This document shows positions 40,101-49,938 of a stretch of DNA of 64,000 nucleotides, piece by piece. The translations under genes and the position numbers were made by a program. Location: positions 1 through 64,000 of IMG/VR virus record IMGVR_UViG_3300042465_007929, one strand, 5' to 3'. Numbering within the stretch: the first letter of the stretch is position 1; every line of letters begins with the position of its first letter. This stretch comes from a virus. Under the pieces are notes generated by a model. That model saw only the letters and a list, made by a program, of their open reading frames with translations. It had not been told where the DNA came from and ran no database searches.

Positions 40101-41684
40101 GTAACTTATATTGATAGATTTGAAAACTTTCAAACTAAAATTGAATTCGCAGAAGATGAAGAAGATATAAGAAAAAGAGGTATATTTAAAAAAACAATTA
40201 ATGCTATAGGAGTATCATCTCCAGCTATGGCAAAAAGAATTGCTCAACATTTATTATTTCAAACTATCAAAGAAAATCAATCAGTAACATTTTCTGCTGG
40301 ATTAGAATCTTTATTATGTAGGCCCGGTGATTTAATTATAGTTGAAGATGAATTAAAAAGTTTAAAATCTAATTTTGGACGTATTTTAGATATAGATTCT
40401 AATAATGGATATATAAGAACTAATGATGTATTAAATACTACAGATTATGAAAGTTATATTACTGTTTATACGCCAACTGGACATCAAACTAGAGATGATT
40501 TAAGGGCTATAGTGAATACCAAAAGAAGTAGATTAGATTCATTTGTTTTAACCCAAGGAGGTTGGACTTCTCCGACTTATGATTATTTAACTGGTAATTA
40601 TAGATTTTCTGGTTATACTGCTGGTTTTGATAAACTCAAAACACAATTCCCATCCGTTCTTGAAGAGCAGTATGCTCTATATACAGGAAGAAATAGTAAT
40701 TTTTGTTATTTTTCAACTCAATATACTGGATGGGTTTTAGGGGTGGGAAATCCATACGCTTTAGACTCAAATGGTCGTTTCATATTTGATTCTGAAGATT
40801 TTAATTTTGATGATGTGAATAGAGGTTATGGGTATTTTTATAATACAGCAGTAGCAGATAGGAGAGGAAGTAAATTTGCTACAGCTTTAAATGGGCAACT
40901 TACTGGACCTAATTCTAAATTTAGAAATATAAATGGAACTGAATTGTATTTAACTGGAGGTTTACTTCCGTCGGATATTGAATTGACTAGTCCATCTCAT
41001 ATTAGTAAATTTAAAATTACTGGTTTTGAATCTATGGAATATGGATCATTATTATTAATTGATAAACTTGATAAAAATTTCGCTTTATTACCTCTCGTCC
41101 CAGAAGGATCTGTTTATCGTTTTCAACGAAAAAATGCTGATGATCAAATTTATAAAGTATTAAATATTCAAGAACAAAATCCAAACGAATATTTAGTAAC
41201 TGCTTCGTTATTTAATACTGGTAAATATAATTTTATAGAAAATTATCAATCAATTCAAAATCAAAATTCAACATATAGCCACACAGCTAGCCAAGTCATT
41301 AATAATCAAACATTTGAGACATTAAAATCTCCTATAATAACTAAATTGATCACTGGATATGATGATGCAAAAAATTTATATATAACTGGAAATTGGACTG
41401 GTTATTTCCCAAGCGATAGCAATAAATGTCTAGGCTATAACGTAAGACTAAAACAAGCCAATGGTTATTCAATAGAACAATTTTTCCCAATTGAAACATC
41501 TGGAGCTTCATTTTATGCCCCATCAGTTGGAAATTATGTTTTATCTGTACAAGCTAAAGGTGTAAAAACTAATAGCACTAAATACTTTGATTCAGAATTT
41601 AATTCTTCTGGAATATTTATACTATATAACGATGCAGTTTTAAAAGATAGAGCGTACATCACATCTTTAAGTATCTTATCATGA
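37119..41684 (+). CDS. Tail tip / host specificity protein J-like
   Basis: GAGGGK, LLSDGPIEGL, YLNDTP, WTDNPAWIIYD, RYGLG, EPRFSCN, RPGD. Confidence 0.9.
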   Translation: MNHLFKKLSFGGAGGGKKPQAKPATLKPPIVGSFQLAASYDYLESVELLSDGPIEGLVNQNGLTLSDRSLLQGVYLNDTPVIVTNNDTVSPRESFSRNPTNIDSGKTLNEASTADLISTFFSSLKAQRNEAPHPSLGVNVNTERVISCITNNAFSSKYENWILDGTILNTLINQVTTITNKPKTIAQLLSSWLNAPVVNKILIGGRLYSKDLDPASLGESFVVNLNDPSSLYLETSPLTYSYNDKNKSQYTENSYNKYVKDNAHLSKILDIYLLKRYIGLKKIIDIALRKSLTDINQKDYSKEYAKTLLDDRLGINWSNSSNLIDLLMNKLNIDKNNDMIFIIPSPPKDVSRGSLPLVKEYIDPITGIKTKQLRKCHVKMFDSSNQAFTNSVDGIFFHDFLVPTINANGNWEDYELTGFVILQIKGKNVESVSEVKKGEKPKQFRGANNWGVPGKKTIRYFNQAFCIPEKAATRLSQASQFKLIPEDYALSSANLVSNGKDKFNYTDIFVEYKEGKEHQVPLEYFSNICIDHMYGSQLIGPFRVNGNIQRIKEEKSVFDFTQYKSNLNLDISAEGSEDDREVGNFSDWNYANTNFNESLIPITHIILNPNVSQCYITLQISQLSDTISRDLNTNSYGQAGAGTNYPTTVTIEVEVGHIDDNGTQVPLSVNKRFEIVSLIQSPTYIDIGNPDNQKNQKDYLFIINKTHNAEGVWTPFDLPLIEIKTALDKELSSPISTNLSGSSKRYIKVSKISTETNSTLVRKDVSLAKITEIIKGNLTYPFSALVATKIDSRAFGSVPTKIYDCKLKKIKVPNNYFPCSLDTGKDKRYYKNQTEFNSGDRHVYQGDWNGEFHNELVWTDNPAWIIYDILTSTRYGLGQYLDIEQIDIWELYKIGRFCDAVDDFGYFQGVPDGFGGFEPRFSCNVLFTEGEKVFDVINIISALFRGQTYYYNSEIHFVDDRPKTPIALFTNSNIKDGFFNYANYRRDEQFNTIEVTYIDRFENFQTKIEFAEDEEDIRKRGIFKKTINAIGVSSPAMAKRIAQHLLFQTIKENQSVTFSAGLESLLCRPGDLIIVEDELKSLKSNFGRILDIDSNNGYIRTNDVLNTTDYESYITVYTPTGHQTRDDLRAIVNTKRSRLDSFVLTQGGWTSPTYDYLTGNYRFSGYTAGFDKLKTQFPSVLEEQYALYTGRNSNFCYFSTQYTGWVLGVGNPYALDSNGRFIFDSEDFNFDDVNRGYGYFYNTAVADRRGSKFATALNGQLTGPNSKFRNINGTELYLTGGLLPSDIELTSPSHISKFKITGFESMEYGSLLLIDKLDKNFALLPLVPEGSVYRFQRKNADDQIYKVLNIQEQNPNEYLVTASLFNTGKYNFIENYQSIQNQNSTYSHTASQVINNQTFETLKSPIITKLITGYDDAKNLYITGNWTGYFPSDSNKCLGYNVRLKQANGYSIEQFFPIETSGASFYAPSVGNYVLSVQAKGVKTNSTKYFDSEFNSSGIFILYNDAVLKDRAYITSLSILS

Positions 41685-43396
41685 GCTATTACAATTACGA
41701 TAATTATTATAATAATACTATTGATGTCATCAATAACTGGGATTATGTGCATGACTATATAGATTATAGTCCATATTCTTTACAACCTGTTTATAGATTT
41801 CCTCCTTCATTTATTGTTGATGAAGAAGATTTGAATTTAGTAGCTAGTGGTATAGCTATTCACAATAATAAAGATGTAACATTCGATTTAAATTTATTTG
41901 ATCAAAATCAAAAACCATTAACATCTTTTAATGATGTTTCAGAAAATCCATTTGTTCAAGGCGTAAATGTATCTATTTTGGATAAATTTGGCAATACTGT
42001 TTCTTATCATTATATTAAAAATTCATTTCAAAAAACTTTTACTTTAACTGAACAAGATAATATAAAAGTTTTTGGATTCTATGAGCCTGATTTTGGTATT
42101 CAATTAGAAGTTCTTGATTTAAATTTAAATAGACATGTATCTCGTTTTCAAGTCTATTCAAATCAATTAGAAATTGAAAGTATATATGTAACAGATAGTA
42201 ATGGATATTGGCTTAATGAAGATCCAATAGGTTTTCAATCGTATATACCATATAAATATAACTATGAAGGTTTTGATGTTCAAGCAGTAACAAATAATGC
42301 ATATTATATTAATAAATATAATGCTTTATTAGATGCGTATGATATAAATGTAAATGCACAAATAACATTTGCCAAATCAGAAAATGAAAATATTTTTGTT
42401 GATTGGGGCGATGGAAATTCTGAATTAATTTTACAAAGATTTGGTGATTCTGTATTTAATGGAAATGTAATCCATGCTTTTACTGATACAGAAGATGAAT
42501 ATTTAATACCATATTATGAAAATATAGATGGTTATTTGTATGAATTTTCTTTATATCATAATTATTTAAATACAGGAAGATATAATGTAAGTTTTTATTA
42601 TAGTGGAAATGGATCTACAGGTCTTGAATCTATTAAATCTATAGATTTTTCAATGCCTTATGAATTGAAAGAAAATGGACTACCACAATTTGGTGATAGC
42701 ATTACTGGCGGAATAAATTTTGATATAAATTTTTTAAATGATCCTAATTATGTTAATTTTGATTATTTTGATATTTATGCAAGTACATCTAGTAATGTTT
42801 TATTAAATGAAGAAAATTTTATTAAAAAAATAGATATTCCAAATTCTTATAAAAGTTACGAGTTTAGTTTAGATCCTTCTAATTTTCAATCAAATTTAGA
42901 TTATTGGTTTGTTATTTTACCTTATAGTAAAATAAAAGCTGGATATCCTTGGAAAATTGGTCCATACCGTAAATATGAAGCGCCTGTTCCTGAAAGTATT
43001 ACATCTGCAAATAAATTAAATATTTCAAATGGTGCTGCTATTGTTCAAACACAAATAATAACTGGAATTATTACTGGATTCGAACCAATGATAATTGATC
43101 AGTCTATTAAAAATGGATCATATTTTGCACATGAATATCTTACAAGATTTGATGATCAATTAAACCATCATGCATCTTCTAAATTATTAGTTGTAGACAA
43201 TAGCTCAGGACAAGACATAATGAGAACTGGATTATCATTTACTGAATATAGTATTAGTGATAATTATTTTATATCCTTTGGAGTTCATGATGATGCTGAA
43301 AATATTTATTTAACAGCTCGTCATGATTATTCTAATTTTGAAAGCTCTCCAACTGATCCAAGTTCTTTCTATAAAATTCAAAAGGTATCTATTTGA
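41681..43396 (+). CDS. Tail-associated protein with PKD/Fn3-like segments
   Basis: VDWGDG motif, coupled to gpJ. Confidence 0.5.
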   Translation: MSYYNYDNYYNNTIDVINNWDYVHDYIDYSPYSLQPVYRFPPSFIVDEEDLNLVASGIAIHNNKDVTFDLNLFDQNQKPLTSFNDVSENPFVQGVNVSILDKFGNTVSYHYIKNSFQKTFTLTEQDNIKVFGFYEPDFGIQLEVLDLNLNRHVSRFQVYSNQLEIESIYVTDSNGYWLNEDPIGFQSYIPYKYNYEGFDVQAVTNNAYYINKYNALLDAYDINVNAQITFAKSENENIFVDWGDGNSELILQRFGDSVFNGNVIHAFTDTEDEYLIPYYENIDGYLYEFSLYHNYLNTGRYNVSFYYSGNGSTGLESIKSIDFSMPYELKENGLPQFGDSITGGINFDINFLNDPNYVNFDYFDIYASTSSNVLLNEENFIKKIDIPNSYKSYEFSLDPSNFQSNLDYWFVILPYSKIKAGYPWKIGPYRKYEAPVPESITSANKLNISNGAAIVQTQIITGIITGFEPMIIDQSIKNGSYFAHEYLTRFDDQLNHHASSKLLVVDNSSGQDIMRTGLSFTEYSISDNYFISFGVHDDAENIYLTARHDYSNFESSPTDPSSFYKIQKVSI

Positions 43397-43581
43397 TAGA
43401 TATTAAAATCTGGATTATTATCTTTTTTAAAATCATTTTTATAAACAGATAAATTTACTTTTTGAGTAGATCCATCTTTTAATTTTATTTCAATAACTCC
43501 AGAAAGATATTGTCGGTCAGCTTTTGTTTTTTTAATCCAAAAGCCGCCGATCTTTTTATTGCTCCAATTATTTTTCTCCAT
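43378..43581 (-). CDS. DUF736-like small protein
   Basis: IGGFW....YLSG.I...K...PDFNI. Confidence 0.55.
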   Translation of the reverse strand: MEKNNWSNKKIGGFWIKKTKADRQYLSGVIEIKLKDGSTQKVNLSVYKNDFKKDNNPDFNIYQIDTF

Positions 43582-43731
43582 TAAGAGTCTCTTTGGTCAT
43601 CTCAATAAAGATGGCTCGACTATCCTGTGGAACAAGATTATATTGTTTCTTTAGTCTTCTATAAACTCTGCGAGTAATTGGATTGCTAATATCTCCAACT
43701 ATTTTTCTCAATTTTTTTGCGGTTGTATTTC

Positions 43732-44187
43732 TCATAATTCTGCTATAAATGTTTCTGTATCTTTTATAAATCCCATTTTCTCATAGAATTTCATTACCCC
43801 ATGAGAATGTGGATGTTTCATCACTCTATTCATCATAATATATTTAAAACCTTTTTGTCGAGCAAATTTTGTAGCTTCTTGAAATAATTTATATCCAACT
43901 TTTGGATTTTTTGAAAGCCAAATATATTCGGAGAAAATTTGCTCATTAAATTTTGCATTTTTGTCATTTAAAAAAATAATAACAGCATCATACGATTGAC
44001 CATTATGGTTTGCCCATACAAAAATATCCCAAGCCAATAAATATTTATTAGCAAATGAAGTTTTGATTGTTTCTTTATTATGCTTTAAAAAGAAATGCCC
44101 TTGATTTTCATTTTCAAATTCATGTAATGAAAAAATATCATCAGCTAATTGTTTAAAATCTTCAGGATTTAAAATTCTTTTAATCAT
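43732..44187 (-). CDS. GNAT-fold acetyltransferase-like protein
   Basis: GYKLF.EA..FA...G...FYEKMGF. Confidence 0.65.
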   Translation of the reverse strand: MIKRILNPEDFKQLADDIFSLHEFENENQGHFFLKHNKETIKTSFANKYLLAWDIFVWANHNGQSYDAVIIFLNDKNAKFNEQIFSEYIWLSKNPKVGYKLFQEATKFARQKGFKYIMMNRVMKHPHSHGVMKFYEKMGFIKDTETFIAEL

Positions 44188-45047
44188 TTTTTATTAATCA
44201 AAGGAAGTAGGATTCTAGCTTCTTTAGCTGGGATATCTTCAAAATTCTTCCAATCTTTAATTCCTTCATAGCGATACTTCTCTGTAGTCCATAATTCTCT
44301 GAGGATCGCTCTGAAGCCTTCGAAATCTGTGATGCCAGACTTCTCGCGGAGAGTCTTCTCAAGGATGCCTGTTGGTGTTACAGGGACAATAGAGCTTTCA
44401 TATCCAGAAGATTCAATTGATGGGCTGAATGAATTCTTTGATTTATCAATTTCATCTGCTCCAACGATATGAATATTAAGAAAATTGCGAACACAACGAA
44501 CAAATGCTCGATTACAAGCAATGGTTTCGAGAAACTTCGCGCAGAAATCATCCGTATTAGCAAGTGTTGCATTGGCAACATCTTCATATGAAACAAAATG
44601 CTTAGAACCTGTCTCATAATTATGAATCCAATCAATTCGGCACTTGGCTACTACATAATTTTCATTAACATGATTGACTTCATAGGAAACAGAAGAAAAC
44701 CCACGAAGTTTCGCAATTTCTTTAATGCCACCAAGCATAATAAGAAGTTGGTTGTCTTTAAGACCATCAACAGAGGATGGCATCTCTTTCTTGCGGATAT
44801 CAAACCATCCTTTATTTGGGTAAAGGAATTCATCCTTAATCATCTTGCGCCAATTAACTGAGCCATCATCATTAAAATGATAATTAGTATTCTCAATCAA
44901 TCCCCATTCATTCCTCTTATAGAGTTGATGAAAAGATGGAGGCGGTGAAGAGTTGGTTTCTTCTGATTGTTCTGTAATTTGCGGATCTTCTGTTTTTTTA
45001 ATCTTGCTCATAAAAATAAAAATGTTCTTGGTCTTTCCAATATTCAT
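44184..45047 (-). CDS. Putative Rad52/Sak-like single-strand annealing protein
   Basis: GIKEIAKLRG...ETIACNRAFVRCVRNFLNI...DE. Confidence 0.45.
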   Translation of the reverse strand: MNIGKTKNIFIFMSKIKKTEDPQITEQSEETNSSPPPSFHQLYKRNEWGLIENTNYHFNDDGSVNWRKMIKDEFLYPNKGWFDIRKKEMPSSVDGLKDNQLLIMLGGIKEIAKLRGFSSVSYEVNHVNENYVVAKCRIDWIHNYETGSKHFVSYEDVANATLANTDDFCAKFLETIACNRAFVRCVRNFLNIHIVGADEIDKSKNSFSPSIESSGYESSIVPVTPTGILEKTLREKSGITDFEGFRAILRELWTTEKYRYEGIKDWKNFEDIPAKEARILLPLINKK

Positions 45048-46152
45048 TAGTATCTAATATTTTCATTTTATTGTCAACCATATTTTTATTTAAATCTAAA
45101 TGAGCTTTGCTCGCGTATTGTTTTCCATCTTTAAAAATTCTTTTATTAGAAAAGAAAAGTGTTTTTGTCGAAATGTTTTTAGGTTTTTCTGAATTAAATT
45201 CGTATAAATTAACATTTTGATCAAAATATTTATTTTTTACAAAGCCTAAATCATTCTCTTCTTTTATTAAAATTTGAAAAGCAATTCCCCATATTTTTAG
45301 TATTTCAAAATATTTTTCAGGAATAGTATCAGAATTTTTATTAAGAAATATTGATATTTTTTTAACATTATTTCTAATTTTTTCCAATGTAGATAATTGT
45401 ATTAATTGCTCAGTAACAATAGAAACTTTATATTTATTGCAATATTGCAAGAAGCTTATTTCATCAAATCCATAATCAATTCTTAAATAAATAATATCAT
45501 CATTTTGAACTTGAATATCATGGAAACTGGTTGGGACCACCTCGTAAATTTTATTTAAAAATAAATTACCAATTTCGATTGTTTTGAAATTAATTTTATT
45601 CTTAATATTAAGAAGATCTAAAAAAGCTTGAGCTATTTGTTCAGGTTTAATTAAATTAATTTCTGATTTTGGATCGTATAAATTTAAACATGGTTTTCCC
45701 GACCATGGTGCTGGTATATCTATTTTTTGTTTTTTATCTGACCAATATCCATTGGATATAGATGGGTAGATATTACCAAATAAATTAATAATAGGTATTT
45801 TTTTGCTACTTGCATAGTGCGAATACACACTATCAGAACCAATATATGCAATTGATTTTGATATGATATATGCGTATTGTTTGAATGATAAATTAGAAAT
45901 ACCTTTGTTTATTCCTGTAATTGTATTATTTTTAACATCAATTTGAATAACTTGAATATTTTGAGAATTTAAAATTGGACGCAAAAGATCTAATACTATA
46001 TTATAGTATTTATAATGTTTTGATTGGATATTTTCTTCAGAATAAATAACAATATATTTATTTTCTTTTATTGGGAAATAATGTTCAGAAATAATTGGTT
46101 CCGAAATTAAAACTCCTAAATTTTTAGCATACTCTTCTAAGATATGTGACAT
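44998..46152 (-). CDS. GT9 (heptosyltransferase-like) domain protein
   Basis: AYIISKS..YIGSDS...HYASS..IP.I.LFG. Confidence 0.65.
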   Translation of the reverse strand: MSHILEEYAKNLGVLISEPIISEHYFPIKENKYIVIYSEENIQSKHYKYYNIVLDLLRPILNSQNIQVIQIDVKNNTITGINKGISNLSFKQYAYIISKSIAYIGSDSVYSHYASSKKIPIINLFGNIYPSISNGYWSDKKQKIDIPAPWSGKPCLNLYDPKSEINLIKPEQIAQAFLDLLNIKNKINFKTIEIGNLFLNKIYEVVPTSFHDIQVQNDDIIYLRIDYGFDEISFLQYCNKYKVSIVTEQLIQLSTLEKIRNNVKKISIFLNKNSDTIPEKYFEILKIWGIAFQILIKEENDLGFVKNKYFDQNVNLYEFNSEKPKNISTKTLFFSNKRIFKDGKQYASKAHLDLNKNMVDNKMKILDTNEYWKDQEHFYFYEQD

Positions 46153-46153
46153 A

Positions 46154-48085
46154 TTATTCTAATAATGAAAATTGATTTTTATTTTTGCCATTGTGAACGT
46201 AACAAATACTTTTCTGTGTTGTGGTATGAGGATAAAAAGCCATTTCAAAAAAACCTTTATGATCTCCGCATCCTTCTAAGAAAATTGTATTTTCTAATAT
46301 TTCTGAATATTGAAAACATTTATATATATAAGGGTTGTCTTCTATATATGGAAAATACTCTTCTTTGGTGAAAATATAAATATTATGATCAGAATATTGT
46401 TTTTTTAAATTCTTCATTAAAGAATTAATCAATAAAACATCTGTCTCTGATTGGGGGATGATTACGGCAATTTTTTTATTATCATCTCCATGAAATAAAG
46501 ATTCAAATTCTATTTTTTTATTTTGTTGATTAGTTTGTTTTGCGACACTCACGAAATGATTCAGCAATCCATTCGCATCTATTTCTTTATTCAATAATTT
46601 GGAATCCCAGTATTTAAAGCCATTAGAATTTTTATCAATATCTTCTTTTAAAATATTTTTATATAGATCAATAATAAATTCATCTTTCGATAGATTATCT
46701 TTTGGTTTGTAATTTTCATCCAATAAAACATCATCATCATTAAAAGAAAAATCAATATCTGGCATATTATCAATAATGTCTTCGATTTTTTTACCAATAA
46801 TTTCAATGGAAAAATTATCGATAGCCCACTGCCTTGACATTTTTTCAATTTTTTGCTTTTGGATTTTATCCATTTTAAAAATATTTTCAATTTCTAAAGC
46901 GATACTATTTGCATCGGTAGATGCCTTAATAAACTGGGTTCCCGGCTCTCTATATTCATGCCACTTCAAAGAAACACCTCCACTGTCAATAGTACAATTA
47001 TCTTCTCCACATGAATAATTAGTAACAAGAGTAATTAATTCTGTTAATTTAGCCTCTTGAATTGGAATTTCCTGACCACCACTTGTGAATGGGTGGCAAT
47101 AAACATCCATCAAATTATAAACTTCATTTAATTGTTTCTCAGAAACTCCATGACTAATATTTGTTGTATTTAATGATTTCTCTGAACCGCACGATCTACA
47201 GTTTTGTTCTTGACCTGTAAATTGTCTTATTTCGTAAGAGTTACATTTGTTACAAAAATAAGTAGTTAAAATATCATTTGGATTAATTTCCTTTTCTTTC
47301 AAAAGATCGGGTATATTCCAACCTTCACTCCAATGAGTATGTAATAATAATTTAGCTTTAGAATTTGGATTAGAAATTTTAAATTTTTTGAATCCTTCTA
47401 AAATATTAGGCACAGATTTTCTTAATTGATTTCTAAAAACAAAACCAATAATAAAAGAATCTTGATCAATATTAAATTTTTGGCGAAGATTACTTCTTTC
47501 TTCATCTTTTAATCTGAAAAAGTTTTGGGTATCTACTGAACCTCTAAGGGTTTTTACATGATCATAACCCATTTTATTAAATGCTTTTTCGGCAAAAGAT
47601 GCCCATACATAATAATTTTTTATTTTAGGAGCAGATTCAATTGCTTGTGGTAATATCGGGAGACTATCTAATGTCGTCCATATCATACAATTAATTTTAT
47701 TCCACCAAGCTTTTTTATGAAAATCATTAAAAGCCCATATATCTTCAATGCCTATATAAACATCTGGTTTTACTTTTTTTATTATTTCATCAATTACTTC
47801 CCCACCATACCCAGCAGATCTTTGTTGGTCTGGAGCCATTGATTGAAGTTTTGACATAGGAGGTAAAGTGCCATAACACTCCCAAGGTACAGATTTTATT
47901 TGAGGATCATTTAATTGATGACCATTTGCTGCTTCTACAATATTATATTTACCTGTAGAATAAAGATATCTTAAAATATTTTTTTTATTTTTACCAAAAC
48001 CAGTGAAAGCTTTGCAAAAATTAGAATGAATTAAAATTGTTTTTTTATTTTGCATTTGCTTGTTGTCTAAAATAATAGATTTCAT
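46154..48085 (-). CDS. GT4-like glycosyltransferase
   Basis: TGFGK, RNQLRKS, LNEVYNLMDVYCHP..SGGQEIPIQEA. Confidence 0.8.
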   Translation of the reverse strand: MKSIILDNKQMQNKKTILIHSNFCKAFTGFGKNKKNILRYLYSTGKYNIVEAANGHQLNDPQIKSVPWECYGTLPPMSKLQSMAPDQQRSAGYGGEVIDEIIKKVKPDVYIGIEDIWAFNDFHKKAWWNKINCMIWTTLDSLPILPQAIESAPKIKNYYVWASFAEKAFNKMGYDHVKTLRGSVDTQNFFRLKDEERSNLRQKFNIDQDSFIIGFVFRNQLRKSVPNILEGFKKFKISNPNSKAKLLLHTHWSEGWNIPDLLKEKEINPNDILTTYFCNKCNSYEIRQFTGQEQNCRSCGSEKSLNTTNISHGVSEKQLNEVYNLMDVYCHPFTSGGQEIPIQEAKLTELITLVTNYSCGEDNCTIDSGGVSLKWHEYREPGTQFIKASTDANSIALEIENIFKMDKIQKQKIEKMSRQWAIDNFSIEIIGKKIEDIIDNMPDIDFSFNDDDVLLDENYKPKDNLSKDEFIIDLYKNILKEDIDKNSNGFKYWDSKLLNKEIDANGLLNHFVSVAKQTNQQNKKIEFESLFHGDDNKKIAVIIPQSETDVLLINSLMKNLKKQYSDHNIYIFTKEEYFPYIEDNPYIYKCFQYSEILENTIFLEGCGDHKGFFEMAFYPHTTTQKSICYVHNGKNKNQFSLLE

Positions 48086-48509
48086 TTAAAGCGAATTTGA
48101 AAAATTGGCAAAGAGCATAAGCTTCTGACATCTCTACTCCCATGCCAAATTTATTTGCAGAGTTTCTAATTATAGAAAATGAAAAAGCTTTTTGTCCATT
48201 CTTTTTTGTATAAGGCTTGAATGAAATAGCAGTTTTATTTTCTTCGTAAGTATGAAAGGCTGAGAATTCAGCATATTGTTCGATAGCATAAATAAATCCT
48301 CCCAATTCGTTTTCATTTAATTTTAATGAAATTGATTTTTCAGGATTTTTAGAGTTTTCCGAAAAAGAACCGTTTTTTGTTTTATCATTCCAAGAAAATT
48401 GTTGAATTGCTGTAATATAAACATTAGGCTCTTTGGCTTTACTTCCGAGTCCAATTTGAAATCCAAATGCTGATCCAGTATTACTTGAGTTTGGTTTGTA
48501 TAAATGCAT
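48045..48509 (-). CDS. Hypothetical protein (possible ssDNA-binding fold)
   Basis: 154-aa ORF in the replication region. Confidence 0.45.
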   Translation of the reverse strand: MHLYKPNSSNTGSAFGFQIGLGSKAKEPNVYITAIQQFSWNDKTKNGSFSENSKNPEKSISLKLNENELGGFIYAIEQYAEFSAFHTYEENKTAISFKPYTKKNGQKAFSFSIIRNSANKFGMGVEMSEAYALCQFFKFALNEIYYFRQQANAK

Positions 48510-48544
48510 ATTATGAAAGATTATAAATTTATAAACAATTTATT

Positions 48545-49621
48545 CTATAAAGTTTCGTCTTTTAATATAGGTTCAATTATTGTTTTAGTTAAAAAATCAC
48601 GATTTTTTTGAAAAGCTGAAATATCATAAAATCTTTCGTAACATAAAATAAATTTTTGACATAAATTAAAAATTTCTTTTTTTCTAAAGGATTCATAAAC
48701 ATATGTATCTTCCAGATATTGCACAATGAATTCCAAGATTTTTTTTCTTATTGTAGTTTGATAACAAACTTTATAAATTAAAGATGATTCTGCGTCTATT
48801 TTAATATTTAAATATTTACAAAATTTTTCAAATAAAAATTTTTCTGTTTCTCTATCTGCACCAATCTCTATAATCAATTCACAAAAATCAATAAAGCAAT
48901 GACCTTGAAAACTATTTTCGAAATTAATAAATTTAAAAGTATTGTCTCTGTAAATAATATTTTTTAAATTTAAATTACCGTGGCATATATGATTATATTT
49001 TATATTTTTAATGGAAACGACCCTAAGTAAGTCTGTTTTTATTTCTAATAAACATTTTAAAATATTATTTAAATCTGTATGGCTTTTTATATCACTCAAA
49101 ACTTCTTTATCGAATCTTTTTTCTATATCAATATATAAATAAAAATCATCCATAACGTCTTTGTGGGTTTTAATTAAAGACATTGATTTTTGCATTATTG
49201 AATATGAATAACAAAAATTATCAAAATTTTCTACCAAAATACCCTTACCAATTTCATTTATTGATTCTGCATCTTCATACGATGTGATGATATATCTAAT
49301 ATTATCTCCAATTTTTATCTTTCCATCATGAAGATATTTTGGCCTAATAAGTGGATTTATGTAATTTAAATATTTACTTTCGTATTCTATTTTTTTACAG
49401 TCTTCATCTAGTGATAATTTTAAAGTATATAATTGATTATTAGATGTGATTTTATAAGTATCGAATTCATTATCAATAGAAATTAATTCTGATTTTATAA
49501 CATTTATTGGATTCTTTAAAGATGAAAAAATTTTTTCTATAATTTTAATTTCATCATCACTGCATTCACTAATACCATTAGATAGATATGCATTTTGTTC
49601 AAAAATACTAGATAAGTTCAC
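48545..49621 (-). CDS. APH/choline-kinase-fold protein, probable pseudokinase
   Basis: LKLS, CHGNLNLKNI, FINFE. Confidence 0.7.
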   Translation of the reverse strand: MNLSSIFEQNAYLSNGISECSDDEIKIIEKIFSSLKNPINVIKSELISIDNEFDTYKITSNNQLYTLKLSLDEDCKKIEYESKYLNYINPLIRPKYLHDGKIKIGDNIRYIITSYEDAESINEIGKGILVENFDNFCYSYSIMQKSMSLIKTHKDVMDDFYLYIDIEKRFDKEVLSDIKSHTDLNNILKCLLEIKTDLLRVVSIKNIKYNHICHGNLNLKNIIYRDNTFKFINFENSFQGHCFIDFCELIIEIGADRETEKFLFEKFCKYLNIKIDAESSLIYKVCYQTTIRKKILEFIVQYLEDTYVYESFRKKEIFNLCQKFILCYERFYDISAFQKNRDFLTKTIIEPILKDETL

Positions 49622-49637
49622 TATTTATTATTACAAA

Positions 49638-49663
49638 TAAGCCCCATTTTTCAATGGGGCTTA
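49638..49663. terminator. Terminator-like hairpin
   Basis: taagccccatt-tttc-aatggggctta. Confidence 0.65.
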
Positions 49664-49693
49664 CTTATACGGTTGATGTTTATTAAATAATTA

Positions 49694-49927
49694 TTAGATG
49701 ATCTGACCAATTGTCTGTCCAGAGATCTTAATACCCATTAGACTGGTCTTAGCTAGGCGACGATGAGCCTTCTTGTTGCGGTCATAAATAACCATGTACG
49801 ATGGACTCTCGCTAGAGAGTTGAGCATTAATGGATTCTCCTTGCTTGGTATAAATACCGAAGAAACGACCCTTGCTCTCACGAATTGCATTTAGCACCTT
49901 ACTGTTTGTTGTATTTGTATTACTCAT
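49694..49927 (-). CDS. Hypothetical protein
   Basis: 77-aa ORF downstream of TTGACA-N17-TAATAT. Confidence 0.55.
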   Translation of the reverse strand: MSNTNTTNSKVLNAIRESKGRFFGIYTKQGESINAQLSSESPSYMVIYDRNKKAHRRLAKTSLMGIKISGQTIGQII

Positions 49928-49938
49928 ATAGATAGATA

